Numbered from the whole stretch's first letter, positions 1-11,860 are shown. The stretch: 63,188 bases of DNA, filler included, from Stramenopiles sp. TOSAG23-2 (GCA_900128395.1; 17 parts of 17 records of this genome joined end to end with filler, not necessarily neighbours in it); one strand, 5' to 3'. The notes: generated by a model from the letters alone, not told the origin. Made by a program: numbers and translations.

Positions 1-313
1 ATAGTCTCTATATAAAATTGAGTTAGCAGGCAAATAGTATCATTTATGACATGAATTTAAAAAAACGATGTAGCTCATATCATGCATTAGTTCACGGCGT
101 GATAGCAACGTGCTATATGCCTATTAATTACAGCATGGTAAGACATAAAATTTAGAGGAAAAGTTATAATTTTTTTTTTTGCTACTTCATCTTATATCAT
201 AAAATCTATAATTTAAAAAATAATTCTGTGTGTATGTATAGATATTTAAAAATTTTTTTTAGATTAAATACGAAGGTTCGTATAAAAAATTATTGTTAAA
301 TATCTCTCAAGCC

Positions 314-1150
314 TCAAGCCCGTGAATTACACGATGCACCACTATCACCATTAGCATGAAATATTCCACAATCAAAACCTTCATTACCGGACGAAGCACA
401 TATGTCTTCCAACGAGTCATAGTCAGCCACACATTCGCCATTAACCCATACAGTTCCAAGGCCACAACATGCACCATGTTCACAATTTGATGGAATCTCA
501 CATCCAAATTTTCCACTGTTATCTTCACAAAACTTTGCAATAGTTTTACCTTCTTTACATGCTAAACATTCTTTAGTCATGGCTTGGCAGCAAACCGGTT
601 TAGGTGACACCCATGTTGCTTGAAGCGATGCTTCAGTACTTCCATTTATGACATTAAATGAATAAGATGGAGCATTTCTTCCAACGTTATCATAAGAAAA
701 GCTTAGAGAAGAATAACCTTTTGGTGAAGCAATTTGTCCAAACATTTCAATCTGATTTTGTCTACCAACATTCCCGCGACACGTAGATCCACAATTGTAT
801 ATACTTAAAGTATTCCCTATTTCATTTGGTGGCCGGTCACCAGCAATATCCAATGCATAATCTTCATCGTTTGCTAGTAATAATTTATTATCTTTGTAAT
901 GGAATAAAATAGCATCATCTCGATTATTCGATGGACGTACTCCGTATCCCTTGCCTTGGGGAATTGCAAAAGGTTCTCCTAAAGCCATATATATTTCGCT
1001 ACTACTTCCAAATGATTTCGACGAAAGAATCAAATATGCTTCAATAACTTTAGCTTTTGGTGTAGAGGTAGGACGTATGTTAGGACTTCCACACCATAAA
1101 TAATCAGCGCTTGGTCCAATTGGCACCCGCTCGAATGTGGATGATTGCAA
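314..1150 (-). CDS. Cys-rich, probably extracellular protein; 3' part only, true start or upstream exon not identified
   Basis: 278-codon open frame starting at TTG. It contains a ricin-B-lectin-like segment (YALDIAG...GNTLSIYNCG...NQ) and a Cys-rich C-terminus (CCQAMTKECLACKEG..., CCGLGTVWVNGEC). Confidence 0.5.
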   Translation of the reverse strand: MQSSTFERVPIGPSADYLWCGSPNIRPTSTPKAKVIEAYLILSSKSFGSSSEIYMALGEPFAIPQGKGYGVRPSNNRDDAILFHYKDNKLLLANDEDYALDIAGDRPPNEIGNTLSIYNCGSTCRGNVGRQNQIEMFGQIASPKGYSSLSFSYDNVGRNAPSYSFNVINGSTEASLQATWVSPKPVCCQAMTKECLACKEGKTIAKFCEDNSGKFGCEIPSNCEHGACCGLGTVWVNGECVADYDSLEDICASSGNEGFDCGIFHANGDSGASCNSRA

Positions 1151-2177
1151 ACCTGGCTGGCAAAGCTATTTGGATGCTAGAACAATTTCAGAGGTGCATA
1201 TTTTAAATATGGCATATACTGTGCACTATCTATTGTATTGATACCTGTGCACATATCAATAAAATAGCCCCTTATGTGCATATAGTGTTATAATATCATT
1301 GAAATCATTTTGTCACAGCCAGCTGGGCCAGCATCCGCCTGACAAATGTATACTAAAACATTTCGATCTATGATTCATTCAAAAGGACTATAAAAAAATA
1401 ATACCTTTGCCATACACTACAGAAATATCGTACTGCACTACCCTATATGATTCTTTTCAATTACTTCTTAAAATAATTTCAGGGGTATAAAAGGAGCTGA
1501 TTTTCATATTAAAAAATGTGTCATTTTTGTACCAATGAAACTACACACTACTACCACGAGACTCCTATGTGCCGATTGTGCTGGGAAGAGCAAATGAGAG
1601 CGCAATAATAAAATGCAGCCTTTTTCTAGTAATCAATTATCACCATAGTGGTAAGTAGTATTCCTACTCAAACACACACACGTATATATCGATCTGCACA
1701 AAAAAGATATCCATTTGCGTATCATTCCCTCTTGTAAAATACGTATACAGGTGATTTTCCTTTGTGCTGGTGTGTTTTTGGATAGTGTATCGTTTTGTAA
1801 GTCTTTTCAGTCCCCCATAGGTTTTCTCTGGTGGATAAAGTAAGCTACATATATACTAATTTATTCCATAGGAAGTGATATCCATTGGAGTGGGTGTAGA
1901 TAAGAAAGATACTCCATTCACGCGATATTCCTTCTGTAAGAGTTGTATACAGGTGATTTACTTTTTGCTTTTTTGGTGTGGGGTTGTTTTCTTGGTTGTC
2001 AATAGTTTGCTATAATCAAGATCGTACGAAAAGTATTTTTTATAGAGATCAAGGAAGCCAGGGTTTAACTCAACAAAGTAAAAGGTAGTTGTTATTTATT
2101 TTAATATAACTTTAAACCTTGACGATAAAGCTCAATCAATACTTCTGCATTAGCTTATAAAGTAAATATCCAGAAAC

Positions 2178-2945
2178 ATGAGGCGTAATAACATAAGTAA
2201 AGGTAATTCACCATGTTATTATGGTTCTTATCCTGGAAAACAACTTCGTGGCACTGTCATATGCCCGTGTGCCAGCGGTTGTTGTGATGAAAATTCTGAG
2301 CAGTCATGTGGCTTCAAGCTTTGGAGAGGACCTTTATATGATAATAAATTTGGGTTTGCTATAGGGGAATGTTGTGAAGCGTCCACGTATGGGACATTGT
2401 ATGGTGAAAAGATGGATCCTGGAGGTAGCATAAGTAATAAACTTCCAAGACAACCAGAGGTTCTTCGTCCGCTAGTTTATTGCAATTTGGGTATCATGGG
2501 ACTTTGTTGGATAATAACTGGTTTCAACTGCTGTACAGCTTTACCGTGTTCTGAACAAGATGTCACTGCTTTATACGAAAAAAAATATCCTGCAGATGTA
2601 ATTCGCCCACCTGTGCATTGTTTGACTTGTGGTATGGATGGGGATCATACAACGAATGAATGTCCAACTAGATTAAATAATCTGGATGCACCAAAAGCAG
2701 AAAATATGTCCCGTTATAAAAATAATAACATTACAAATCCAGATCAAGTGAAAGTATTTGGTAGTTATCAACATACTGTAGCAGTTGGTATGAATCAAAC
2801 TACTACTAATAATAATAATAATGCTAAAAGGAACAGTGCAAAAGATAAAAAAAATGCGTTAAAGGAGTATAAATCTATGCTCGATGATGGATTAATCAGT
2901 AATGATGATTATGAAAAGAAAAAGAAAGAAATTTTGTTTGGGTAG
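2178..2945 (+). CDS. Cys-rich (possibly PLAC8-like) protein with CCHC zinc knuckle and C-terminal SHOCT domain
   Basis: C-terminus LKEYKSMLDDGLISNDDYEKKKKEIL fits the SHOCT consensus. CLTCGMDGDHTTNEC is C-x2-C-x5-H-x4-C. The N-terminal half is rich in CC pairs. Confidence 0.7.
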   Translation: MRRNNISKGNSPCYYGSYPGKQLRGTVICPCASGCCDENSEQSCGFKLWRGPLYDNKFGFAIGECCEASTYGTLYGEKMDPGGSISNKLPRQPEVLRPLVYCNLGIMGLCWIITGFNCCTALPCSEQDVTALYEKKYPADVIRPPVHCLTCGMDGDHTTNECPTRLNNLDAPKAENMSRYKNNNITNPDQVKVFGSYQHTVAVGMNQTTTNNNNNAKRNSAKDKKNALKEYKSMLDDGLISNDDYEKKKKEILFG

Positions 2946-3656
2946 AAAATGTGATATCTAGATTTTTGATGAATCGTGAATAATTGTCCTTCGGCTTTAC
3001 CCAGGTAATTCATTTTGGGAGGAAAAATACATAGTGTAAATGTTGTACTTTATGGTGATAATTCCTATCCATACTATATCCATGGTACAATATTTTGGTC
3101 GAGCAAAAAATATCTTTTTTATCTAGGTAATACATGCCTATAGTGTAACAAGTATTGAAAATAATACGATTTTGTACGATTGAAAATTTAAATTATTCCA
3201 AAAAGTCATCTATTTAGGACAAATGCATATGGTATGATATTAATACCAATGCTATGAAATGCTAAAGCAATGTAAGGAATACTACGTACCTAGACCAGAA
3301 GCTAGTATAGCTTTACTACTCTTTTCTTCCCCCTGCTTAACAGCAAAACACTTAAATTTGGACTAAAAATTAATAATCCTTCTCGTCATTTACAAAGGTA
3401 TAGCTAATAATTTAATACTTGGTAACAACTGGTAATCCAGTATAATCCTTATCCTGGTAATCCAGTAATCCAGATAGGAGCTAATAATGTGCTACAGTAC
3501 TAAGTGCCTAATCAACAAAAAAAAAAAAAAAAATTGATGATGGGCACATGCCACATGCTGGGCATGCCCAGCATGCCACAGCATATGGTGCGATGATTAA
3601 TACTCTGGCACCTTCCCTGGATATTTTTTGATTAAGGAGCATATTTGACGAGAATA

Positions 3657-3756
3657 NNNNNNNNNNNNNNNNNNNNNNNNNNNNNNNNNNNNNNNNNNNN
3701 TTAATTAATTAANNNNNNNNNNNNNNNNNNNNNNNNNNNNNNNNNNNNNNNNNNNN
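3657..3756. other. Artificial contig linker (first of 16)
   Basis: 44 N + TTAATTAATTAA (stops in all six frames) + 44 N. Identical 100-bp linkers start at 3657, 7412, 11165, 14912, 18643, 22373, 26102, 29830, 33555, 37274, 40989, 44701, 48406, 52108, 55808 and 59499. Contig lengths fall monotonically from 3656 to 3590 bp. Confidence 0.99.
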
Positions 3757-3952
3757 ATAGGAGAATAGATATATTATATAATATGTTGTAGAATCCGATA
3801 AGATATAATATATGTACATATATTAGAATTTATAACAGAACACATACTCACATTAGAACAGATAATAATACTGTTGTATCACAGTATATTATACATCAAT
3901 TAAATACCAGATACAAAGGAAAAAAGAAGAAATTATAGGAAGATCTACAAGT

Positions 3953-6900
3953 ATGTCCTTAAATAATTCTGCAGAAACGGAACTGGCTAATAACAAAAAT
4001 AATAGCAATGAAGATGATGGGAGTAGCAGTAGTAGTGGTAGTGAAGATGGTGGCAATAACAGTAGTAGTGGTAGCAGCAGTAGTGGTAGTAGTGACTCCG
4101 ATTCCGAATCAGACAACGAACAAAATCAAGAACATACTCAAGCAAACGTAGAAAAAGGCAATGATGTGAAAAAAAGCTCTAAATCAACACCAGAATCAAC
4201 TTTATGGTATGAAAACATGCCAATTTATATACATAAATCAAATGCAAACACACCAGAATCAACTTTATGGTATGAAAACATGCCAATTTATATACATAAA
4301 TCAAATGCAAACTATAGTCATAATGATAATACAAACACTTCTGGTAAGCATACAATTATAGAAGAAGATTCATCAGATTCAGATTCTGATTCTGATTCTG
4401 ATTCTGAGGAAGATAATAGCAATACCAAGAAAGCATCATCATCATCGTTTAAAATTACAATGTCGTATACACAAGCGTTGGCAGAAAAAGAACGTGCGAC
4501 AACATTATTAAGTGAATATGCCGTAAAAAATAAACCAAAAACTTCTATATCCGATACCAAATGGCTGGAAAGTATGTTAAGAAACGGTACGTTGTCGGAT
4601 AAGATTGCATCGATGGCATTATTGATACAACAATCGCCTATGACTACATTATCGAAACTTGATCAATTGCTACATATGGCCCAAAAGCAACAATCACGCG
4701 AGGCATTATTATCCGTAGAAGCTGCTAGGGATTTATTTTTGACTAATTTATTGCCTGATCGCAAATTAAAGCGATTTCATGAAAACAATTTAGATCCAAA
4801 ACAAATTACAGATTTGCACCGTATATATTTTTGCTTTGAAGACGGTATCAAAGAGCGTTTTGCCACGTTTGTTGATGTACTAGAAAATGGTTTAACGGAC
4901 ACATTGCCATATTTCAAACGCTCATGTTTAAATGGTGTTTATGCATTATTAAATGGGAAGCCGGAGCTGGAACAACGCTTGTTAAGAATATTGATTAATA
5001 AATTAGGTGACCCAGATAGACAAGTTGCATCAAAAGTTGTGTATTTAACCCAACAACTGCTATCAAACCATCCCATGATGAAAGGTCCTGTTGTAACTGG
5101 TGTGGAAGAATTATTGTACCGCCCAAATTTAACCAAGAAAAGTCAATATTATGCCATTATCTTTCTAAATCAAATAGCTTTGGAACGTGGACAAGATCAA
5201 GCATTAGCACTAAAAATGATTAAAATTTATTTTGCAATATTCGAATCTTCCGTCGCTGCTATGGGTGGTGGGCGTGGTAAATTGAAAAACATCAAAGGGT
5301 TAAAAGCTTCTAAAAAAGAGCAAGAAAGCGCAATGAAGACTAAGCTGTTATCAGCACTACTAACCGGGGTCAACCGTGCGTTTCCATATTCAAAAGCCAC
5401 AGGGAAGACGTTTGATAAATTGACAGATACATTATTCCGTATAGTACATACATCAACTTTTAATACAAGTATACAAGCGTTAATGTTGTTGTTGCAAGTC
5501 ATGACTGCGCAAAATGCATTATCCGATCGTTTTTACCGTGCATTATATCAACGATTACAAAGTGATGATATTATGACCACGTCAAAGCATAGCATGTTGC
5601 TAAATATAATATATAAATCTATGAAGGTTGATACTAAAATTGGTCGTGTTCGTGCCATAATTATGAGGCTGTTACAAATGTGTTTTAATATGGGTAATGC
5701 GTTTGTATGTGCTGTATTATATACAATTAGTGAAGTAATGAAAGCAAAACCAGAATTGAAACACATGATAACAACTAGACCGACATTGCCAGCAAGTAGT
5801 CAAAAGTCTAGTTCTAGTATTAGCAAAGGTGGCAATAGTAGTAGTAGTAATAATAATAGTAGTAGTAATAGTAATAGTAGTAATAATAGCAAGCTTGGTA
5901 GGAATAATAATAATTCAACTAAAAAGAACGATGTAGAGCAAAATAATAATAATAAATCTTCATCAAGTTCAAGTGACGACTCAGATTCAAGTGATTCATC
6001 AAGTTCCAGTTCAGACTCCGGTTCTGATTCTGATTCTGAAGCAAATAAGGAAGGTGAGGATAAACAGCCAGTAGAAACAACAACAAGTACTACTACTGCA
6101 GCACCAACTACTACTACTACTACTACTACTACTACAATAACAAAGTCGACAGATGATGTGACTAATTCTGGAGAGGAGATAGAGATGCCACAATATGACC
6201 CTTCAAAACGTGATCCACAATATGCAAATGGCGAATATGCGATGGCATGGTCTTTAACTCTATTGGCAAAACATTACCACCCGACAGTTCAAGCGTTTAC
6301 AAAACAATTATTAACCGGTAATAATGAGATCGTGTATGATGGTGATCCATTGAGGGATGTAACCGATCTCGCATTTTTAGAAAAGTTTGCGTACAGGAAA
6401 CCGAAGCAAAAGCATATCGACAGCATCAAGCAACCTGTTATTTCCGCTGGCGCATTTAGTAATTTAAGCTCTAAAATTGGACGTGTGTCCACAGATGCAC
6501 CTGTAAATTCAGTCGATTTTTTGCAGGGTAGCAGTAAATCAGGTCTTGCCGAAGATCAGTTTTATATACAATTTTTCAAGGAAAAGGAATTTAGAAGATT
6601 GCAAGAAAAAAGGCGAAAGAAAAGGAAAGCAAGAGGAGAGGACTCAAGTGATGAAGACGAAGCTATCGACACAAATGATCAAGATGATTCTAGCGAAGAG
6701 GAGATGAATGAAGAAGATATTGAAGCAGGATTTGATGCATATTCAGACAAATTAGCACTAGGATTAATGGAAGAAAACGCGGGTGGATTGTCAGATGGCG
6801 AGGATGATGAGGAAGACGCAATGTGGGATTTTAGCGAGGACGATGATGAAGAAGACGAGGATCCGAATGGTGCTGGAAATGACAAAGAGGGCGACAGTGA

Positions 6901-7183
6901 AGAAAAGGATATGCAATTTGATGGGGTAGAAGACTCGGATGATGAAGACGAAATGGATGTAGCTAATATTCATAGTAAGAAAAAACGTGGTGGTAAAGGA
7001 TCAAAAAAGAATCCATTTGCAGATTCAGAAGATTTCCTTGAGATTTTAGAAAAATCAGGTCAAGATCATTTAAATACAAAAGAACGTCAATGGGTTGACC
7101 AAAGCAATGCACGTGGCAAACGGGGCAAGAAAAGACAAGGCAAAAAATCTCACTCGGGTGGAAAGAAAAAGAGAAGAAAGTAG
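3953..7183 (+). CDS. MAK21: Nucleolar ribosome biogenesis factor Mak21/Noc1/CEBPZ (CBF domain)
   Basis: Family motifs GTLSDKIASM, LINKLGDP, LLSALLTGVNRAFPY, DRFYRALY, YDPSKRDPQYA, HYHPTV and YDGDPLRD..LAFLEKFAYRKPK, followed by an acidic and then basic tail. Confidence 0.93.
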   Translation: MSLNNSAETELANNKNNSNEDDGSSSSSGSEDGGNNSSSGSSSSGSSDSDSESDNEQNQEHTQANVEKGNDVKKSSKSTPESTLWYENMPIYIHKSNANTPESTLWYENMPIYIHKSNANYSHNDNTNTSGKHTIIEEDSSDSDSDSDSDSEEDNSNTKKASSSSFKITMSYTQALAEKERATTLLSEYAVKNKPKTSISDTKWLESMLRNGTLSDKIASMALLIQQSPMTTLSKLDQLLHMAQKQQSREALLSVEAARDLFLTNLLPDRKLKRFHENNLDPKQITDLHRIYFCFEDGIKERFATFVDVLENGLTDTLPYFKRSCLNGVYALLNGKPELEQRLLRILINKLGDPDRQVASKVVYLTQQLLSNHPMMKGPVVTGVEELLYRPNLTKKSQYYAIIFLNQIALERGQDQALALKMIKIYFAIFESSVAAMGGGRGKLKNIKGLKASKKEQESAMKTKLLSALLTGVNRAFPYSKATGKTFDKLTDTLFRIVHTSTFNTSIQALMLLLQVMTAQNALSDRFYRALYQRLQSDDIMTTSKHSMLLNIIYKSMKVDTKIGRVRAIIMRLLQMCFNMGNAFVCAVLYTISEVMKAKPELKHMITTRPTLPASSQKSSSSISKGGNSSSSNNNSSSNSNSSNNSKLGRNNNNSTKKNDVEQNNNNKSSSSSSDDSDSSDSSSSSSDSGSDSDSEANKEGEDKQPVETTTSTTTAAPTTTTTTTTTTITKSTDDVTNSGEEIEMPQYDPSKRDPQYANGEYAMAWSLTLLAKHYHPTVQAFTKQLLTGNNEIVYDGDPLRDVTDLAFLEKFAYRKPKQKHIDSIKQPVISAGAFSNLSSKIGRVSTDAPVNSVDFLQGSSKSGLAEDQFYIQFFKEKEFRRLQEKRRKKRKARGEDSSDEDEAIDTNDQDDSSEEEMNEEDIEAGFDAYSDKLALGLMEENAGGLSDGEDDEEDAMWDFSEDDDEEDEDPNGAGNDKEGDSEEKDMQFDGVEDSDDEDEMDVANIHSKKKRGGKGSKKNPFADSEDFLEILEKSGQDHLNTKERQWVDQSNARGKRGKKRQGKKSHSGGKKKRRK
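4187..4312 (+). repeat. Perfect 63-bp in-frame tandem duplication inside MAK21
   Basis: Two identical units start at 4187 and 4250, each encoding TPESTLWYENMPIYIHKSNAN. Confidence 0.9.
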
Positions 7184-7513
7184 AATGTGTGAGAGGAGAT
7201 TATGTCATATGATAAAAATTAATTTTGATGGTTTAAAATCTACGGAACGAAAAAGTTATTTTTTATAAAAAATATTAATTTTACTTCCCAATGGTTAAAC
7301 ATTATGCTCAATACTCTATCTCAGAAATAATCGAGTCAGCCCTACTATATACTTCGTATATAGTAAAGCTCTAATGCACGTCTGCACTCTAATACTCTAC
7401 AACCATGACAANNNNNNNNNNNNNNNNNNNNNNNNNNNNNNNNNNNNNNNNNNNNTTAATTAATTAANNNNNNNNNNNNNNNNNNNNNNNNNNNNNNNNN
7501 NNNNNNNNNNNCA

Positions 7514-9067
7514 GCATTAGCAAAATGTTCTTCCTCCTCTGATGATTATGGTGGTGATAATAACGATAGCAATGATAACAAAGGTAATGTAAATGTACCA
7601 TCACCTAAATATGAAATGCTGTTTTACCGTGTACATTCAACAAAACCATATATGAGAATACCTTGTGATGCAGTGATGGATGTAAGAATGCTACCGCGTG
7701 ATACTGGTATACCTTTTAATGGTCGAGCGGATTGCTGTTTTGAAGTAAAGACATTAGGACGTGTCTACACGTTTTTAACTGCATCAATGGAACTAGCAAC
7801 GGAATGGGTAGAAATATTAAATCAAAAATGTAATAATTCAAATGCATATCGTTATGATTTAGACGTCGTAGCAGCATTAGATCCACGAGATATGTTCGCG
7901 TTGAAATCAAGACGATATACAACACCGGGTAAAGTTATTTTGAACGCGGGCCGTTTATGCTTTCCAACGGTCCAAAAACGCCGTTTATCATTAAATAGCA
8001 GTAGTACCGATGTGGATAATATGAATTTAATGATAGGCAATAATAATAATAATAATAATAATTCTGTGGACTCTGATGATAGTAATAGTGATAATAACAA
8101 TAATAATAAGGGAAAAAATGAAACAGCTGGTTCTTTCACCAGCTCCAATGATAATACTAATAGTAGTACGAGCAATAATAATCGTAGCTACAGTAACGGG
8201 ACGAAAGGGAAACACATTGATCCATGTTTATTATCAGCAAAAGTACTAAGAGCAGCCCTTGCGATACCACCAAATAGTGATTTAAGTTCAAAAGAAGATG
8301 TCGAGAAATTTCAGGTATTATTATATTATTCTTCTCAATTACGTGACGTCGATTCAAGATTATTATTGGAAGATGATGAAGATTTAAAGCAAACGAAATT
8401 ATTAGTATTTTGGTTGAATATATATCATGCATTATTAGTTCAGGCTACATTTATAATTGGCAATCAAAAAACAATGATGGGCTTCCTTAAATTTACGAAA
8501 GATACATGTTATGAAATATTCCGTGAACCATATAGAGATATTTATTCCTTGATCGATATCGAACATGGGATTTTAAGAGCACATTCAAAAGGAAATAAAA
8601 CAGGTTTGATGAAAATCGTTACACCAGTTTACAATAAAAAAAAGCCAAAATGGGATTTTGCAGTACCAATCAATGAGCCACGTGTGAGTTTTGTATTGAA
8701 TACAGGGCGTATGTCTTCATTGTCTCAAGTTCCAGTTTTTACTGTTAGCAAGTTAGATAGCCAATTAAATAGAGCATGTGAACAATATTTATCATCATTT
8801 GTCCGAATGGAATTAAATAAGCGAGTTATTATATTTCCATATATTGTTGATTTTTACAAAAAAGATTTTGGCGATGGTTCACCAGCAGCTACTATTAATT
8901 TTGTTGCATCGTTGATGGGAAGAAAAGGAGATTTATTTAGGCGATTTATACGTACACCAGGTAGTTTAACTGTTAAATATGATGGATTTTCCTTTAATGC
9001 AAGGAAAGATGCATTGACGGCGTTATGGCCACCAGAAGCAGAAGAGACGGAAAGTGATTCTTTTTAA
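7514..9067 (+). CDS. PH domain + DUF547 protein, 5'-truncated at contig edge
   Basis: Frame is open from the contig edge. PH C-terminus CFEVKTLGRVYTF...EWVEIL. DUF547 motifs FWLNIYHAL, YSLIDIEHGILR, EPRVSFVL and LDSQLNRACEQYL. Confidence 0.85.
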   Translation, partial: ALAKCSSSSDDYGGDNNDSNDNKGNVNVPSPKYEMLFYRVHSTKPYMRIPCDAVMDVRMLPRDTGIPFNGRADCCFEVKTLGRVYTFLTASMELATEWVEILNQKCNNSNAYRYDLDVVAALDPRDMFALKSRRYTTPGKVILNAGRLCFPTVQKRRLSLNSSSTDVDNMNLMIGNNNNNNNNSVDSDDSNSDNNNNNKGKNETAGSFTSSNDNTNSSTSNNNRSYSNGTKGKHIDPCLLSAKVLRAALAIPPNSDLSSKEDVEKFQVLLYYSSQLRDVDSRLLLEDDEDLKQTKLLVFWLNIYHALLVQATFIIGNQKTMMGFLKFTKDTCYEIFREPYRDIYSLIDIEHGILRAHSKGNKTGLMKIVTPVYNKKKPKWDFAVPINEPRVSFVLNTGRMSSLSQVPVFTVSKLDSQLNRACEQYLSSFVRMELNKRVIIFPYIVDFYKKDFGDGSPAATINFVASLMGRKGDLFRRFIRTPGSLTVKYDGFSFNARKDALTALWPPEAEETESDSF

Positions 9068-9616
9068 TCGAGGCATCATATTTGCATTATCATGATTTAT
9101 ATTTTATTCAAAATTATCAAATATGATATAATCATAACTTTTTATTACACGACAAAATAAATTGTAAAATTTCAAAAGCAGACTATTTTGACACACACTA
9201 ATGTTATACGAACGTATTTTTATCTATATAAATATAGTATAATTTATATATATTATATTACATATATATAAATACGATTTCGTATCTCTTAAAAGATAAA
9301 GAAGAAAAACACGCACACTCAAATATTCTCCTCAATACCACATACACAAAAATATATATTAATATACCCTTTTTGGTGTCAATCATCACATTATTTTCGA
9401 AAAAGACCAAAATGCCTCCCGGATTTATTATAGATTTCTGCTTATATTCTTTTTGTTTTTCCCTATGCTGTGTCGCACTGTCTATACTGTACTATAATAT
9501 GACATCAACTCGCAAAAAAACCAACATTTATATACTACTAGGCCCAGGTATAAACAAAAAATAACACTACACATAATGAAGAAACAAATTCAATAAGAAG
9601 TCTCCCAAACATCAAC

Positions 9617-10261
9617 ATGATTATATACATAGATGAAAAGAGAGAGATAATAAACATTTCATCAACTAATGATATATATACAAAAGAACTTTTAACAATA
9701 ATGGTAATTCGCTCTGGCCACCCTCGACTTCCTGGTAGATTCCATGGGAAGATAATATATGCCACACCAGGTTCCGGTAAAACGTTTGTCGCGAACAAAT
9801 ATCGTGATGTTGTTGATGGTGATGATTTAATAGTCCAAGCAATAGGAGAAATTGACCCAAACTATGACTATGAAGCGTACAGAGGTTCATATGACGATCC
9901 ACGAAAGGTTATTATGCATTATTTCACCAGTTATATTCACGGTAATGAGTCTAAAAAAAAAATACTATATAAACGGAGTGAGAGGTTAATGTTTGAAGCT
10001 ATATCTATTGGTGATACTGTCTTATTCGGGACGAAACGTTTGATGCATCTAGCTGATGAAATTTTCATCCAGAAGGATGAAAATATTACAAGAGGTTCTT
10101 TTAATCAAGTATCTGAAATGGAAAAAGAAAGCGCTTGTCGTGCGACAACGCATTACATTGATGGCTTTTTTGAACCTGTGATGCAAAAACTAGGCGCTTA
10201 TAATTCCGAAGTGAAGCACCACGGTATCTCCAATGTGAACACAATATACATCTCGCACTAA
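9617..10261 (+). CDS. Small P-loop NTPase/kinase of unknown function (start may be ATG 9701)
   Basis: Walker A IIYATPGSGKT followed by VVDGDD, a nucleotide-kinase-like topology. Confidence 0.6.
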   Translation: MIIYIDEKREIINISSTNDIYTKELLTIMVIRSGHPRLPGRFHGKIIYATPGSGKTFVANKYRDVVDGDDLIVQAIGEIDPNYDYEAYRGSYDDPRKVIMHYFTSYIHGNESKKKILYKRSERLMFEAISIGDTVLFGTKRLMHLADEIFIQKDENITRGSFNQVSEMEKESACRATTHYIDGFFEPVMQKLGAYNSEVKHHGISNVNTIYISH

Positions 10262-10539
10262 ATCATAAAATAATGATAGGAGATATCCATCTGGTATAGA
10301 TATTTTCATTTAGAGTACATTTTAAAAAATAAATTTTAATGCGTAAATTATACGTCGTACGAAGTAATATATATTTTATAAAAAAAATTAAATTCTTTGT
10401 TGCGTAAAACTCTTTTTATTATTTTTTACAGTAAAAGGCATTAGATCTACTTAAGTATGAAAAGATTATAAAGAAAAGTATTGTCTTGGCTTGAAAAGTG
10501 CAACACCCAACGCTTTTGTCAATTAAATGATATTTGATT

Positions 10540-10888
10540 TCATTTCCCTGAGGATGCATTTTTTCGAAATTGTTCAAGTTGTTCCCTCAATTCTTTCACT
10601 TCGTCATCATCTTCATATTTTTTCAAAGCAGCCATGAAGCCTTTGGCGTCTTCAAAACCATACTTTTTCGCTTGCATGGTCATAACTTCTGCCATGCGTT
10701 TTTTCCTCTCCTCTGGAGTTCTCTCGGCATTTCGTTTCATTCGCTCTGGATCACTCATCATTGTAACCCAACCTTTGAGGTCCTGTATAGCACAGCGTAT
10801 TAATATGGTTACGTTAGATAAGATTTTTAATTACTTGAATGGAACAAAATTTACTTACTTTAACATATTCTTCAAGTGAAATTGACAT
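10540..10888 (-). CDS. Small helical 90-aa protein, two exons (10859-10888 and 10540-10782); weak resemblance to protein C10/C12orf57
   Basis: ATG at 10888. A phase-0 intron at 10783-10858 (GTAAGT donor, CTAAC branch, ACAG acceptor) joins MSISLEEYVK in frame to DLKGWVTMMSDP...KKYGFED. Confidence 0.7.
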
Positions 10889-11558
10889 ATTTTTGAAGTA
10901 TAATTTTTTATTCTTGGCGTATATTTCTTATCTATACTTTGCTATATTCTCTCCTCTGTCTTAATATTGTATGACTAACTGTGAAAATGATATTGTCTAA
11001 ATAATGTAAAACTTAATATATCGGAATAAATATATGTATGTATCTACTTTAATCATGACTTATATACCACCGTTCTTTACATGCAACTTCATCTCCAATA
11101 ATAGTATTCCTATGCTATTATATATATTCTGAAGGCACATCAATCTGGTGTAGGCACGTAGGACNNNNNNNNNNNNNNNNNNNNNNNNNNNNNNNNNNNN
11201 NNNNNNNNTTAATTAATTAANNNNNNNNNNNNNNNNNNNNNNNNNNNNNNNNNNNNNNNNNNNNTTGTTGTTGATATGTTATTATTGGATTAAAAGACAT
11301 TTTGTTAAATTGAATTAAATTTTTTATTTTTTATTTATTTCGGTTATGCCATTATGACTAACTTATTAATACAAACAAGAAAACATATTTGCAATAATAA
11401 AAAACTAGACTAGACTATATATTAAAATCATACCATAATCCTTTTTTTTTTTTCTAATCATATCGTTTTATATCTGGCTAAGGCTGGAGGGTATTTATGA
11501 TTTCATTTTATTTCATTTTTATTAAAATGTGTAATAACTTATATCTTTATATTATTAA

Positions 11559-11860
11559 TATTTCGTCTGTACCAAGCCGCACCGAAAAACGCCTAACTCG
11601 TTCTAACTCTCCCTATTCTATGCATGTATCATTCTTGACAACCATGCCAGAGAGGGATGGGACTTTTTGCTTCCTTTTTTTTTATCCAGCCTTTCATCTC
11701 CGTCTCACCAAAAATTATATATATTATATTTCGTCTGTACCAAGCCGCACCGAAAAACGCCTAACTCGTTCTAACTCTCCCTATTCTATGCTAATCATAG
11801 CAGGGAAATAGCATTGTAATTTAAGGATAGTTTTTTAAATTAAGGGCAAAATAAGACAAT
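11559..11860 (+). repeat. Left arm of inverted repeat (11640-11860) plus an extra 65-bp direct copy of its core (11559-11623)
   Basis: Core TATTTCGTCTGTACCAAGCCGCACCGAAAAACGCCTAACTCG...CTATGC occurs at 11559 and 11727. 11640-11860 is the reverse complement of 14387-14605. Confidence 0.92.

Noticed and set aside
1703-1980. Degenerate ~70-bp direct repeat (GTATACAGGTGATTT core at ~1742 and ~1945)
   Set aside because: Only two diverged copies with no consistent reading frame or termini. It may be a decayed gene or repeat remnant.
4187-4312. 21-aa duplication in MAK21 as a functional innovation
   Set aside because: It is 100% identical at DNA level in a low-complexity region and cannot be separated from an assembly artefact without reads.
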